A stretch of 64,000 nt of DNA from Eimeria praecox (lineage: Eukaryota). Positions 1 through 11,292 of the stretch are shown here, one piece after another. Below the pieces are notes generated by a model. The model saw only the letters and a program-made list of their open reading frames with translations, had not been told where the DNA came from and did not search any database. The DNA lies in contig OY986946.1 in NCBI GenBank assembly GCA_963920595.1, forward strand, positions 5,952,001 to 6,016,000, in the 5' to 3' direction. Both the position numbers and the translations under genes were made by a program. Each line of letters opens with the position of its first letter. Position 1 is the first letter of the stretch.

Positions 1-270
1 TCTCTGTATTTATCTATCTGGCTCTTCCCCTCTCTCTGTCTCTTCCCCTCTCTCTGTCTCCTCTCTGTCTCCTCTCTCTCTGTCTCCTCCCTCTCTCTCT
101 CTCTCTCTCTGTCTCTTAACAGAAGTGTTGATATCCATTATTAACAGCGAACAAGGCCTTCCCTCCTATCCTCTCTCTGTCTCTCTCTGTCTTCTCTCTC
201 TCTCTCTGTCTCCTCTCTCTCTCTCTGTCTCCTCTCTCTCTCTGTCTCTCTGTCTCTCCGTCTCTGTCTC

Positions 271-497
271 TTAACAGAAGTGTTGATATCCATTATTAAC
301 AGCGAACAAGGCCTTCCCTCCAATTCCCATTCTAATACAGTCTCTATGGGATACAACCCCACAGGCCGTTTGCATAATCCAAAGCCCGCTGTTCGCGCGC
401 GTTCGATACCCGAGCTCAGACGCAGTTAACCAAATACTACGAGATGGTTTTGATATCACACGGATGTTGCGGATTACCTAAACAAATATACACTGAA

Positions 498-579
<82 letters not shown>

Positions 580-2103
580 AGATAGATAGATAGATAGATA
601 GATATAGACAGATAGATATAGACAGATAGATATAGATATAGATATAGATATATAGATATAGATATATAGATATAGATATATAGATATAGATTTATAGATA
701 TAGACATATAGATATAGATATATAGATATAGATATATAGATATAGATATAGATATAGATATATAGATATAGATATAGATATAGATATAGATATAGATATA
801 TAGATATAGATATATAGATATAGATATAGATATAGATATAGATATAGATATAGATATAGATATAGATATAGATATAGATATAGATATAGATATAGATATA
901 GATATATAGATATAGATATAGATATAGATATAGATATAGATATAGATATAGATATAGATATAGATATAGATATAGATATAGATATAGATATAGATATAGA
1001 TATAGATATAGATATAGATATAGATATAGATATAGATATAGATATAGATATAGATATAGATATAGATATAGATATAGATATAGATATAGATATAGATATA
1101 GATATAGATATAGATATAGATATAGATATAGATATAGATATATAGATATAGATATAGATATAGATATAGATATATAGATATAGATATAGATATAGATATA
1201 GATATAGATATAGATATAGATATATAGATATAGATATAGATATAGATATAGATATAGATATAGATATAGATATAGATATATAGATATAGATATAGATATA
1301 GATATAGATATAGATATAGATATAGATATAGATATAGATATAGATATAGATATAGATATAGATATAGATATAGATATAGATATAGATATAGATATAGATA
1401 TAGATATAGATATAGATATAGATATAGATATAGATATAGATATAGATATAGATATAGATATAGATATAGATATAGATATAGATATAGATATATAGATATA
1501 TAGATATAGATATAGATATAGATATAGATATAGATATAGATATAGATATAGATATAGATATAGATATAGATATAGATATAGATATAGATATAGATATAGA
1601 TATAGATATAGATATATAGATATATAGATATAGATATATAGATATAGATATAGATATAGATATAGTATATAGATATAGATATAGATATATATAGATATAG
1701 ATATAGATATGGATATAGATATATATATACAGATATAGATATAGATATATATAGATATATAGCATTTAGTTAGTTAGTTCGTATAGCTGTTGGAGTTATT
1801 ATCTATTTAATTATATATTTAATTATATATTTAATTATATATTTAATTATATATATAATTATATATATAATTATATATTTAATTATATATTTAATTATAT
1901 ATTTAATTATATATTTAATTATATATTTAATTATATATTTAATTATATATTTAATTATATATTTAATTATATATTTAATTATATATTTAATTACATATTT
2001 AATTATATATTTAATTATATATTTAATTATATATTTAATTATATATTTAATTATGTTCTTAGGTGTGCTACGATAAGGTTTAGATATACATTAAATCTTT
2101 CAA

Positions 2104-2150
<47 letters not shown>

Positions 2151-2163
2151 TATATATAGATAG

Positions 2164-2210
<47 letters not shown>

Positions 2211-2467
2211 TAAGAATATATAAATAAACAAATAAACAAATAAACAAATAAATGGGTAAATACAAAACAAACAAAACAAACAAAAACTAAAAATAAAGAA
2301 GAAGATAAACAGAAAACGAAAACAGACAAAACCAACGAGGAAGACTGCAGCAGCTACAGCAACAGCAGCAGCAACAGCAGCAGCAGCAACAGCAGCAGCA
2401 GCAACAGCAGCAGCAGCAACAGCAACAGCAGCAGCAACAGCAGCAGCAGCAACAGCAGCAACAGCAG

Positions 2468-2499
<32 letters not shown>

Positions 2500-3168
2500 G
2501 CGGCACCCCCTCCACCCCACCGCCACCAGCGCCAACAACACCAACAACAACAGCAGCAGCAACACCAGCAACAGCAACAACAGCAGCAGCAACATCAACA
2601 ACAGCAACAACAGCAGCAGCAACACCAACAACAGCAACAACAGCAGCAGCAACACCAACAACAGCAACAACAGCAGCAGCAACACCAACAACAGCAACAA
2701 CAGCAGCAGCAACACCAACAACAGCAACAACAGCAGCAGCAACACCAACAACAGCAACACCAACAACAGCAACAACAACAACAGCAGCAGCAACAACACC
2801 AACACCAACAGCAGCAACAACAGCACCAACAACAACAACACCAACACCACCACCACCACCACCACCACCACCACCAACAGCAGCAGCAGCATCAGCAGCA
2901 TCAGCAGCATCAGCAGCATCACCACCACCAACAGCAGCAGCAGCATCATCAGCATCATCATCATCATCATCAATATCTCTCTCACCGGCGCTCCTTGAAA
3001 GTATTTGAGTAGTATATTAATTTTACTTCCCTTCACAGCATAACCCCTAATCAATCCTTCTTGCTGCAGCAGATTTAATATTTGTATATTTAATATATGA
3101 TATGGTGTTTGTTGAGTTAGAGCATCGACCTTCAGAAGAGACACACACATCTCGCAAGCACGCTGCAT
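271..3168 (-). CDS. rps8: Ribosomal protein uS8, probably mitochondrial; exons 3168-2986 and 477-271; about 129 aa
   Basis: A phase-0 GT-AG join (CCG|gtgag...tttag|GTA) gives ...[50 protein letters not shown]...[30 protein letters not shown]. This matches the uS8 pattern (L..EG.I.G, LKY....PVI..I..ISKP, G..I.ST..GV, IGG). The start at ATG 3168 is assumed and an upstream exon is not excluded. The mitochondrial assignment is inferred from its bacterial-type character. Confidence 0.9.
500..1762. repeat. (TA)n followed by a ~1.2-kb (GATATA)n hexamer array in the rps8 intron
   Basis: Directly visible tandem array. Confidence 0.95.
1808..2053. repeat. 12-bp tandem repeat (TAATTATATATT)n
   Basis: Directly visible, about 20 units, in the rps8 intron. 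Confidence 0.9.
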
Positions 3169-3298
3169 TGCAGATATACCAGAATGATGATGGTGCTGAT
3201 GATGATGATGATGATGATGGTGCTGATGATGATGATGATGATGATGATGGTGGTGGTGCTGCTGCTGATGATGATGATGATGGTGCTGATGATGATGG

Positions 3299-3330
<32 letters not shown>

Positions 3331-4059
3331 GTGGTGCTGCTGCTGCTGATGATGATGATGGTGCTGCTGCTGCTGCTGCTGATGGTGCTGCTGCTGATGA
3401 TGATGATGATGGTGCTGCTGATGATGATGGTGGTGGTGCTGCTGCTGATGGTGGTGGTGGTGCTGCTGCTGCTGTTGCTGATGGTGCTGCTGCTGCTGCT
3501 GTTGCTGATGGTGCTGCTGTTGCTGCTGTTGCTGATGTTCGTGATGATGTTGGTGTTGCTGCTGATGTTGTTGTTGCTGCTGCTGCTGCTGCTGCTGTTG
3601 CTGCTGTTGTTGCTTTTGTTTATATTGCTGCTGCTGCTCTGTTGCTGCTGCTGCTCTGTTGCTGCTGCTGCTCTGTTGCTGCTGCTGCTCTGTTGCTGCT
3701 GCTGCTCTGTTGCTGCTGCTGCTCTGTTGCTGCTGCTGCTCTGTTGCTGCTGCTGTTGCTGATGGTGCTGCTGCTCTGTTGCTGCCCCTACTCTGTTGTT
3801 GCTGCTGCTCTGTTGCTGCTGCTGCTCTGTTGCTGCCGCTGCTCTGTAGCTGCTGCTGCTGCTATTGCTGCTGATTCTCTTCTTCCTGATGCTGCTCGTG
3901 CTGCTGCTGTTGCTGCTGCGATTGCTGCTGCTGCTGCTGCTACTGCTGCGATTGCTGCTCCCTGCTGCTGCTGCTGCTGCTGCTGCTCTTCTTCCTCCTT
4001 CCGCTTTATCTTCTGTTGTTATTTCTGCTGCTGATATGATTTGTTGTTGTTGCTGCTGT

Positions 4060-4091
<32 letters not shown>

Positions 4092-4093
4092 CA
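2347..4093. repeat. CAG/CAA and GAT/GCT trinucleotide tracts flanking rps8 exon 1, including a 30-bp higher-order unit at about 2560-2760
   Basis: Directly visible. Two tracts (2347-2971 and 3184-4093) of opposite strand sense lie on either side of the exon. Confidence 0.85.
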
Positions 4094-4298
4094 GTTAAGG
4101 TGTGGGTTTTGTCTGCTGCCGACTCCCTCGATTGTCTGTTGAGGTGTATATACACCTAAAACAAAAAAATATAAATATTAAATAAATAAAATAAAAATTT
4201 ATTATTATTTATTTATTATTTCTTAATTTATTATTTGCTGCTGCTTCATAGCCCTTCACGATCTCCATCAAGACCCGAAGGCCTAGGCTCAAGGGCCC

Positions 4299-4343
<45 letters not shown>

Positions 4344-4489
4344 GTTGCTGCTGCTGCTGCTGCATTCGATCAATATAAAAACAAAACTACAAGTTAGACC
4401 TCAGGGTGTTAACAACCTACAAAACCCTAAACCCTAAACCCTAAACCCTAAACCCCACACTCGACTCCGTAGCCACCCCCCAGCCCAGC

Positions 4490-4499
4490 TGCAGCAACT

Positions 4500-4532
<33 letters not shown>

Positions 4533-5185
4533 TAGCTGCAGCAGAATACATCTCCCCCCTGTAGCTAGCTAAGCCTGCTGCTCCCTTCAGCTAGCTGTGT
4601 CTCCCTCTGCTGCTGCTAGCTAGCCAGCTCACGCCCCCCCCCGGGCGCCAACACCTAGCTAGCCGTAGCTAGCTGCAGCTAGCTGTGTAGAACTGTAGCT
4701 AGCTGTAGCTAGCTGCAGATAGCTGTAGATAGCTACAGCTACTATGTATAGCTTCAGCTAGCTGTACCTAGCTGGGGCTAGCTCAAGCTAGCTATATCTA
4801 GCTGGAGTTAGTCTTAGATAGCTGTAGATAATTGTAGCTAGCTACAGCTAGCTACAGCTAGCTATGTCTAGCTACACCCAGCTACAGCTAGCTACAGCTA
4901 GCTACAGCTAGCTACGGCTAGCTACAGCTAGCTATGTCTAGCTGCAGCTAGCTACAGCTAGCTGTGTAAGGCTGTCTCTAGCTAGCTGCTCGGATCGGTT
5001 ACGGCTAGCTGCGTGCGCACAGCCCTCTGCCGCCCTGGGCGTAGGTTGGAGGGGTAGCTAGCTGTAGCTAGCTGTAGCGAGCTGTAGCTAGCTGTAGCGA
5101 GCTGTAGCTAGCTGCAGCTAGCTGCGGGTACCTGTAGCTAGCTGTAGCTAGGTGTAGATAGCTGTAGCTAGCTGTAGCTAGCTAG
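4490..5185. repeat. 10-bp TAGCTA/GCTAGC-containing repeat array with internal inversion
   Basis: (GCTACAGCTA)n at about 4840-4960 and its reverse complement (GCTGTAGCTA)n at about 4670-4735 and 5055-5185. Confidence 0.85.
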
Positions 5186-5598
5186 GGGTACGGAAAAGAA
5201 CAGAGAGAGACAGAGAGAGACAGAGAGAGACAGACAGCGAGATTGTCTGAGGAGGAGACAGCAAGTATTTAGTGAGGGGTCTGTAGAGCAATATTATATT
5301 TATAAGTGTGGGGTGTCTGCGCAGACACCCCACACTTACATCTTATAAATATTAATGCCTGAAATATCTAAAGAAATAAGAAAAAGAGACAAAGAGAGAC
5401 AGAGAGAGAGAGAGAGGGAGGGAGAGACAGAGAGAGGGAGAGACAGAGAGAGGGAGAGACAGAGAGAGACAGAGAGAGACAGAGAGAGACAGAGAGAGAC
5501 AGAGAGAGACAGAGAGAGACAGAGACAGAAAAAGACAGGAGAGGCAATCAGAACGAAAGAACAGAGAAACAAACAAATTACCAAGAGCAGAAACATAT

Positions 5599-5734
<136 letters not shown>

Positions 5735-5856
5735 CTCGTCTGTATACATACGTCTATAAATATATACAACTATATACAGATATTTTCTGTATAATATACA
5801 CTATAAAATATAAATAGATATAAATAATATATATAAATAATATATGTAAATAAAAG

Positions 5857-5904
<48 letters not shown>

Positions 5905-6073
5905 TACATAAGCCGCTGAGGCAAAGAGAAGTAGATAGAGAACGAAAAAGCAGCAGCTACGGTGTATATACACCCGAAGGTGTCTGAGGTGTATATACAT
6001 CAGAATTTGTTTAAATTATTTTACAAATATTTTACAAATATTTTTAAAAATATAAAATTTGATGGAGATAGAA

Positions 6074-6139
6074 TCAGCTGCTGTTGACAGACTTAAACGA
6101 CTCGTTGAGGGCCTGGAAGATACGCTCTGCCCGATACTG

Positions 6140-6195
<56 letters not shown>

Positions 6196-6934
6196 ACAGC
6201 AGCAGCAGCAACAGCAGCAGCAACAGCAGCAGCAGGAGGAGAAACACCAACAGCAGCAGCAGAAACACCAACAGAAGCAGGAACAACAGTAACAGCAGCA
6301 GCAACAGCAGGGGCAACAGCAGCAGCAGCAACAGCAGCAGCAACAGCAGCAGCAGCAACAGCAGCAGCAGCAACAGCAGCAACAGCAGCAACACGAAATG
6401 TGTGTCTTGTCTTTTCTTTGTTTGTTTGTGTCTGTAGACTGTGCTTCTTTCCTGTAGACTGTGCTTCTTTCATAAAATATTAAATTAATACAAATATAAT
6501 ACTAAATATAATAATAAATATATAAAAACAAATATATTAAAATATAATTAAATATAATTAAATATAAAACAAAAGATAATTAAAATATAATAAAAAAAAA
6601 CAAAGACAAAGACATATTACCTGTTGTGAAGGAGACGCAGACTGATGTTTGTCTGGATGTGTAAGAAGAAGAGCCCGCCTATATAAATAAATAAATATAA
6701 ATAAATATAAATAAATATAAATAAATATAAATATAAATATAAATAAATATAAATATAAATAAATATATTTAATAATAAACAAATTAATTGATTTATTTAT
6801 TTATTAAACGAGAAAGTAAAATACCAAGACGATAGAAAACAAAGAAGAAAAAAAAGACAACACGTTAAGTATTTATTTATTTATTTGTTTATTTTATTTA
6901 TTTATTTGTTTATTTTATTTTATTTTATTTTATT

Positions 6935-6977
<43 letters not shown>

Positions 6978-7208
6978 CAAAACAAATAAAGACTAGACAT
7001 TAAAGAGGGAGTTCGATGAAGTCTCCTGCTTCAACAACTCCTCTGCACCTCAAACCCTAAACCCTAAACCCTAAACCCTAAACCCTAAACCCTAAACCCT
7101 AACCTAAATTGTTTTTTTAACGTAGGCTGCAGCATTAAACTGCTCAGCGATGTCTTCTCCCAGGAAGCTTCTTCCCACAGTACCTGCAGCACAGCAGCAG
7201 CAAACAAA

Positions 7209-7299
<91 letters not shown>

Positions 7300-8457
7300 C
7301 AGCAGCAGCAGTGTTTGTAGAAGACAGTATCAGCATTAATAGAGATTATATAAAACAAATTAATTAAAATAAATTAAACAAACAGCAGCAATAAATAAAT
7401 AAATAAGAGAAAGCAGCAGCAAAACAAGACTAAACCTACAGAGGATCTAGGGTTTAGGGTTTAGGGTTTAGGGTTTAGGGTTTAGGGTTTAGGGTTTACT
7501 TCATGTAAGGTACTCAACAAAGTCCTAACATCTTTAAAACTACCATCGGCTGTCTTCGCCCATCGATCTAACTCCTGCTTCAATTCCTCTGCACCTCAAA
7601 CCCTAAACCCTAAACCCTAAACCCTAAACCCTAATAAACCCTAAACCCTAATAAACCCTAAACCCTAAACCCTAATCTATTTATGTATACAGCCCCAAGG
7701 CAAGGTGTATATACAGCTTGTGTAAGTTAGCTTTGAGATTCATCAACCCCTCAGACAGACCTTCGAGCCCCCCTACTAAACCCTAAACCCTAAACCCTAA
7801 ACCCTAAACCCTAAACCCTAAACCCTAAACCCTAAACCCTAGACCCCTGGAGCCCACCTGGCAGCGAGAGCTTCTCTTGCTGTTGTTTGAATTCTTGTTC
7901 TCTCCATCCTTCGGAAGCAGCACAAAGCATAGCAAGACAAAACCCTAAACCCTAAACCCTAATAAACCCTAAACCCTAAACCCTAAACCCTAAACCCTAA
8001 ACCCTAAGCCTCACGTTCAACCTCCTCAAGCTTCTCTCTCATTCTTTGTTGCTTCTTCGCTTCGCGGTTAGCTGCGAGCTCTTCTCTTGGCAGCATAGTC
8101 GCTGCACATCACAAACCCTAAACCCTAAACCCTAAACCCTAAACCCTAAACCCTAGCCTATGGTGTCTGCAGCAACGAAAGCTACCCTGCGGTGCTGCTC
8201 TGAGCTGTTTACGTATATATCCGAGCTTTCCTGGATTTGGTTGTTAGGGTTTGGGGTTTAGGGTTTAGGGTTTAGCTATTAGGGTTTAGAGTATAACTGT
8301 TAGGGTTTAGAGTACTGCTGCTAGGGTTTAGGGTTTAGGGTTTAGGGTTTAGGGTTTGCCTGTAGCTTGAGTGCAGATAAACTCCTCTGTCTTCTTCTTC
8401 AAGCTGTCGCTGTCTACACAGTTGGGGATGCTGCAGCTGTTGCTGCTCTCAACAAAC

Positions 8458-8536
<79 letters not shown>

Positions 8537-8605
8537 TGCTGTACGATGAGGGCCTGCCCTGCGTTTGGTCTCCGCCGTCGACAGCAGAGCCCCAAAACAC
8601 CGTAT

Positions 8606-8644
<39 letters not shown>

Positions 8645-8795
8645 CAGCAGCAGCACAAGCAACATCAGCAGCAGCAGCAGCTTCTGCTGCAGCAGCAGCT
8701 GCTGCTGCAGCAGCATGAGCCTGTGCTGCTGCTGCTGGTTTAGGACGAATACCTGGAGGTAGAGAAAGGGCTTTACATACAATGCAACGCCCACC

Positions 8796-8856
<61 letters not shown>

Positions 8857-9162
8857 CAAGTAGGTACTGGCTGATCCTCCGGGGGTTCATCTATCCAAAC
8901 AAACCCTGAAGGCGAAGCAGCACAGGGGGCCTTAAACCGCAGGTGGAAGGGGGCCCCCAGGGGGCCCCCTTGGGGGGCCCCCCCCAGGGGGCCCCCCTGG
9001 GGGGCCCCCCAGGGGCCCCCCTGAGCATGAATAAAAAGAGTTTTAAACAAACCGACCGTAATATCTTCTGCAGCTACACCTGAAGGAAGAAGAAAACAAT
9101 TGAGAGAGGAATCGAGGGGTAGAGATTTGCTGCTTAGTTGGTTTAATATAAACTGCTGTTGC

Positions 9163-9201
<39 letters not shown>

Positions 9202-9539
9202 AGATGTTGCTGTTGATGTTGATGTTGCTGCAGCAGCAGCACTTCTGCTGCGTCCGCTGGGGGGAAGCCGCAGCAATCTGAAGCCTGCATATAATAAGCA
9301 GCAATTGAAGAAGCCTCTATCGGCTCATCCTCAGCAGCAGCAGCAGCAGCAGCACCAGCAGCAGCAGCAGCAGAGGAACCCCTCCTGTTGATAGGATGCC
9401 CCCAAGATGTTTTCTGCTGCAGCTGTTGTTTGATTTGCTGCTGCTGCTGTTCTATCTTCTTCTCTACATACTGGAGACCTTCTCTTGCTAGTTGACTACC
9501 ACGAGAAACCACAGCAGAGGCCCAGCCCTTCAAATCCAT
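6074..9539 (-). CDS. Auxilin-like C-terminal J-domain protein; exons 9539-8360, [optional 8230-8186], 8101-8015, 7908-7858, 7588-7500, 7183-7104, 6678-6621, 6136-6074; about 535-550 aa
   Basis: Phase-consistent splicing yields ...ELDRWAKTADGSFKDVRTLLSTLHEVLWEEASWEKTSLSSLMLQPTLKKQFRRALLLTHPDKHQSASPSQQYRAERIFQALNESF*. This is the auxilin/Swa2-type J-domain pattern (R.LLS.L..VLW, KK.YR+A.L..HPDK, A..IF..LNE). The first donor has to be GC. Confidence 0.85.
7052..8357. repeat. Interstitial telomere-like (AAACCCT)n/(AGGGTTT)n blocks filling introns of the auxilin-like gene
   Basis: Multiple blocks in both orientations, many directly abutting splice sites. Confidence 0.95.
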
Positions 9540-10545
9540 CGGATTAGGGTTTAGGGTTTAGGGTTTAGGGTTTACGGAGAGGGTTTATTCGAGGGTTTAG
9601 GGTTTAGGGTTTAGGGTTTAGGAGAAGGGTTTATTTGAGGGTTTAGGGTTTGGAAGCAGGACGGAGATGAGCGGTTAAAGGACAGGAGGGTCTTGCTGAG
9701 TGTTTGTTAGGGTCTAGGGTTTAGGGTTTAGGGTTTAGGGTTTAGGGTTTAGGGTTTGGATGAGATAGGGCTCTTTAGACCTCATAGGGGAACTGCAAAA
9801 GAAGTTAAAACGAATATAAAATAACAATATAAAACATTATTATTATTATTATTAATATTATTATTATTATTATTATTATTAGAAGAAGAAGAAGAAGAAG
9901 AAGAAGAAGGAGAAGATTAGATAATATATTTTTATTCTGTGAGAAAAATTGCGGTGTATGTACACCTCAAGCTGACAGGTAGCAGGCAAACGATCTGCAT
10001 CAATTTATATGATTAGTATTTCTTTTTTTAATTATTTTTATTTGTTATTTTATTTAAAATAAATAAAAAAATATACTCTAGCACACAAGAAATACAGAGG
10101 AGGGTATGCATACACCCTGGGGGCCCCCCCCCCCCCCCCCCCTGTGTAGAGCGGTGTTAGAGAGAAAGAAGAAGAAAGTTTGCATTTAATATTATATTTA
10201 TTTATTTGTTTTATTTTAATTATTTATAATTATTTATTTTTTTTGATTTTCTTTCAACATTCGATTAACTATAGGAAAGCTGAGCTGCGGTGTACGTACA
10301 CCCGCGAGCTGGTGAGAGCATACACTACTGTTTCTTGTATAACTTTTTTTATATTTTATTTATTTTTTTTATTTTTTTTTGTTTTTTTCTGTATTTTGAG
10401 GCTAAAGGAGCTTCAGTGTTGATTAAATGATTATATATATTAAGAAAATATACAGAAAAGAAAAAAGATAAAAAGAAATCCTAAACTAAACAAACTATAC
10501 TAAAGGCTCAAGATAACTCTATAAGACCATAATTATAACAAATAT

Positions 10546-10615
<70 letters not shown>

Positions 10616-10731
10616 CATATTATAATAATAATTATACTTATTATTACAATTATTATAATTTTTTAATAATAATAATTATTATTATTATTATTATCATTTT
10701 AATAATAATTATTATTAAAAATAGATTATAC

Positions 10732-10762
<31 letters not shown>

Positions 10763-11292
10763 CATATAATAATAATAATTATTATTATTATTATACTTAT
10801 TATTATCATTTTAATAATAATTATAATAATTATTATTATTATTAGATGGGAGGTGTTAAAAAAAAAACAATTGTATGCATGCATGCATATACAGCAGCAT
10901 TACTTGGGGTGTATAGGCAGGTATATCTTTGGTCTCAGTAAGAGAAAAAGTTAATTTAATAAATAAAACAAAATAAAGATATAAATAAATAAAAGTTTTT
11001 AATGTAATAATATTAAATATATTATTATTAAATATATTATTATATTATATAAACAATATAAACAATATTAATTTGTTTGAGTTGTTTGCACATAAGGAAA
11101 CAGTCTCTGAGAGAGAGACGATTTTAAAAAAGAAGAGACAGAAAAGAAAGAGACAGAAAAATAAAAATAATCTGTCTCCTTCAAGGAGACAGACAGCAGC
11201 AGATTAATACTATAATAGACACATCTAGCTCAAGCAAAGACCTAACAACCACAAACCCTAAACCCTAAACCCTAAACCCTAAACCCTAACCA

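Noticed and set aside
692..1765. 357-aa YI/SI ORF
   Set aside because: It is a translation of the stop-free (GATATA)n array inside the rps8 intron.
3102..4098. Plus-strand poly-D/A/M/L ORFs
   Set aside because: These are trinucleotide-repeat shadows antisense to rps8, open in several frames, with no domain content.
6432..6471. 20-bp tandem duplication CTGTAGACTGTGCTTCTTTC x2
   Set aside because: It is real but only two intronic copies, consistent with ordinary slippage.
7050..8360. CRISPR-like alternation of repeats and unique spacers
   Set aside because: The repeats are variable-length telomeric 7-mers and most spacers are exons of a spliced gene. The DNA is eukaryotic and has no cas genes.
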